NCBI GenBank assembly: GCA_013115125.1
Contig: JABANN010000031.1
Coordinates: 62,001-115,341, forward strand
Length of the DNA stretch: 53,341 bases
From: Perkinsus olseni
Taxonomy: Eukaryota
Direction of reading: 5' to 3'
How positions within the stretch are numbered: the stretch's first letter is position 1; each line of letters opens with the position of its first letter. Made by a program: the position numbers and the translations under genes. Positions 53,047 through 53,341 of this stretch are shown piece by piece. The notes beneath the pieces are model-generated. The model saw nothing but the letters and a program-made list of their open reading frames with translations, had not been told where the DNA came from and did not search any database.

Positions 53047-53341
53047 ATGGTATTCGAATAGCTCATTCCGTAGTCTCGTCGGCAAGTGTTTGTATCGCAC
53101 ACAGAAAGTCTGTGTTTTCTCAAGGTTGCATTTGCAAACTATGCATATCCTTGCCTCGGCGGCGCCCGTTGGAGCGTTCCTCACTCTAACTGGAGCTCAG
53201 CCGATCTCTCTTCCCCTCACAGAGAATGACGTACCTTTGATACTGGATGGCCAACCACTCAACTTCCAAGTGGACTCGGGAAGTGCCAGAAGCTTCGCTA
53301 TCTATGGCCCTTCGTACGAGGCATTGGAGGGCGAAGGCAGT
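53047..53341 (+). pseudogene. Second tandem aspartic protease copy, 5' part, runs off the window
   Basis: PISLPLTENDVPLILDGQPLNFQVDSGSARSFAIYGPSYEALEGEGS is close to the upstream copy. The signal-peptide region appears interrupted by a stop. Confidence 0.65.

Overview
Eukaryotic, intron-rich genomic DNA with many ~40-60 nt GT-AG introns. Gene content and style point to an alveolate protist, most likely Perkinsus (inference). A compact core (~20.8-46.4 kb) holds two RRM-like paralogs, a Use1-like SNARE, an intronless equilibrative nucleoside transporter, a RanBP2 zinc-finger RS protein, EMC3, a TKL kinase, a TMEM230-like gene, a multi-zinc-finger protein, a highly diverged F1-ATPase-alpha-like protein and a long-chain acyl-CoA synthetase. 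The flanks (1-20 kb and 47-53 kb) are repeat-scarred and carry TTLL1, a GAS2/GAR-domain gene, small secreted Gly-X-X peptides, a truncated RNase H LINE, MITE-like elements and aspartic-protease pseudogenes. The strongest signal is a recurring 22-bp zig-zag scar, X[1-7] + revcomp(X) + X[2-8] for an arbitrary 8-mer X, plus longer 14-32 bp fold-back versions with a 1-nt loop. This matches hairpin-mediated (hAT-type, 8-bp TSD) transposon excision footprints, and two sites have unscarred paralogous copies inside the window. Also notable are a 398-bp element with a 5-bp TSD and an RSS-like CACGGTG end (Transib/RAG-like) and Gly-rich peptides resembling polyproline-II-bundle antifreeze proteins. Exon structures were assembled by eye, so several 5' ends are approximate.
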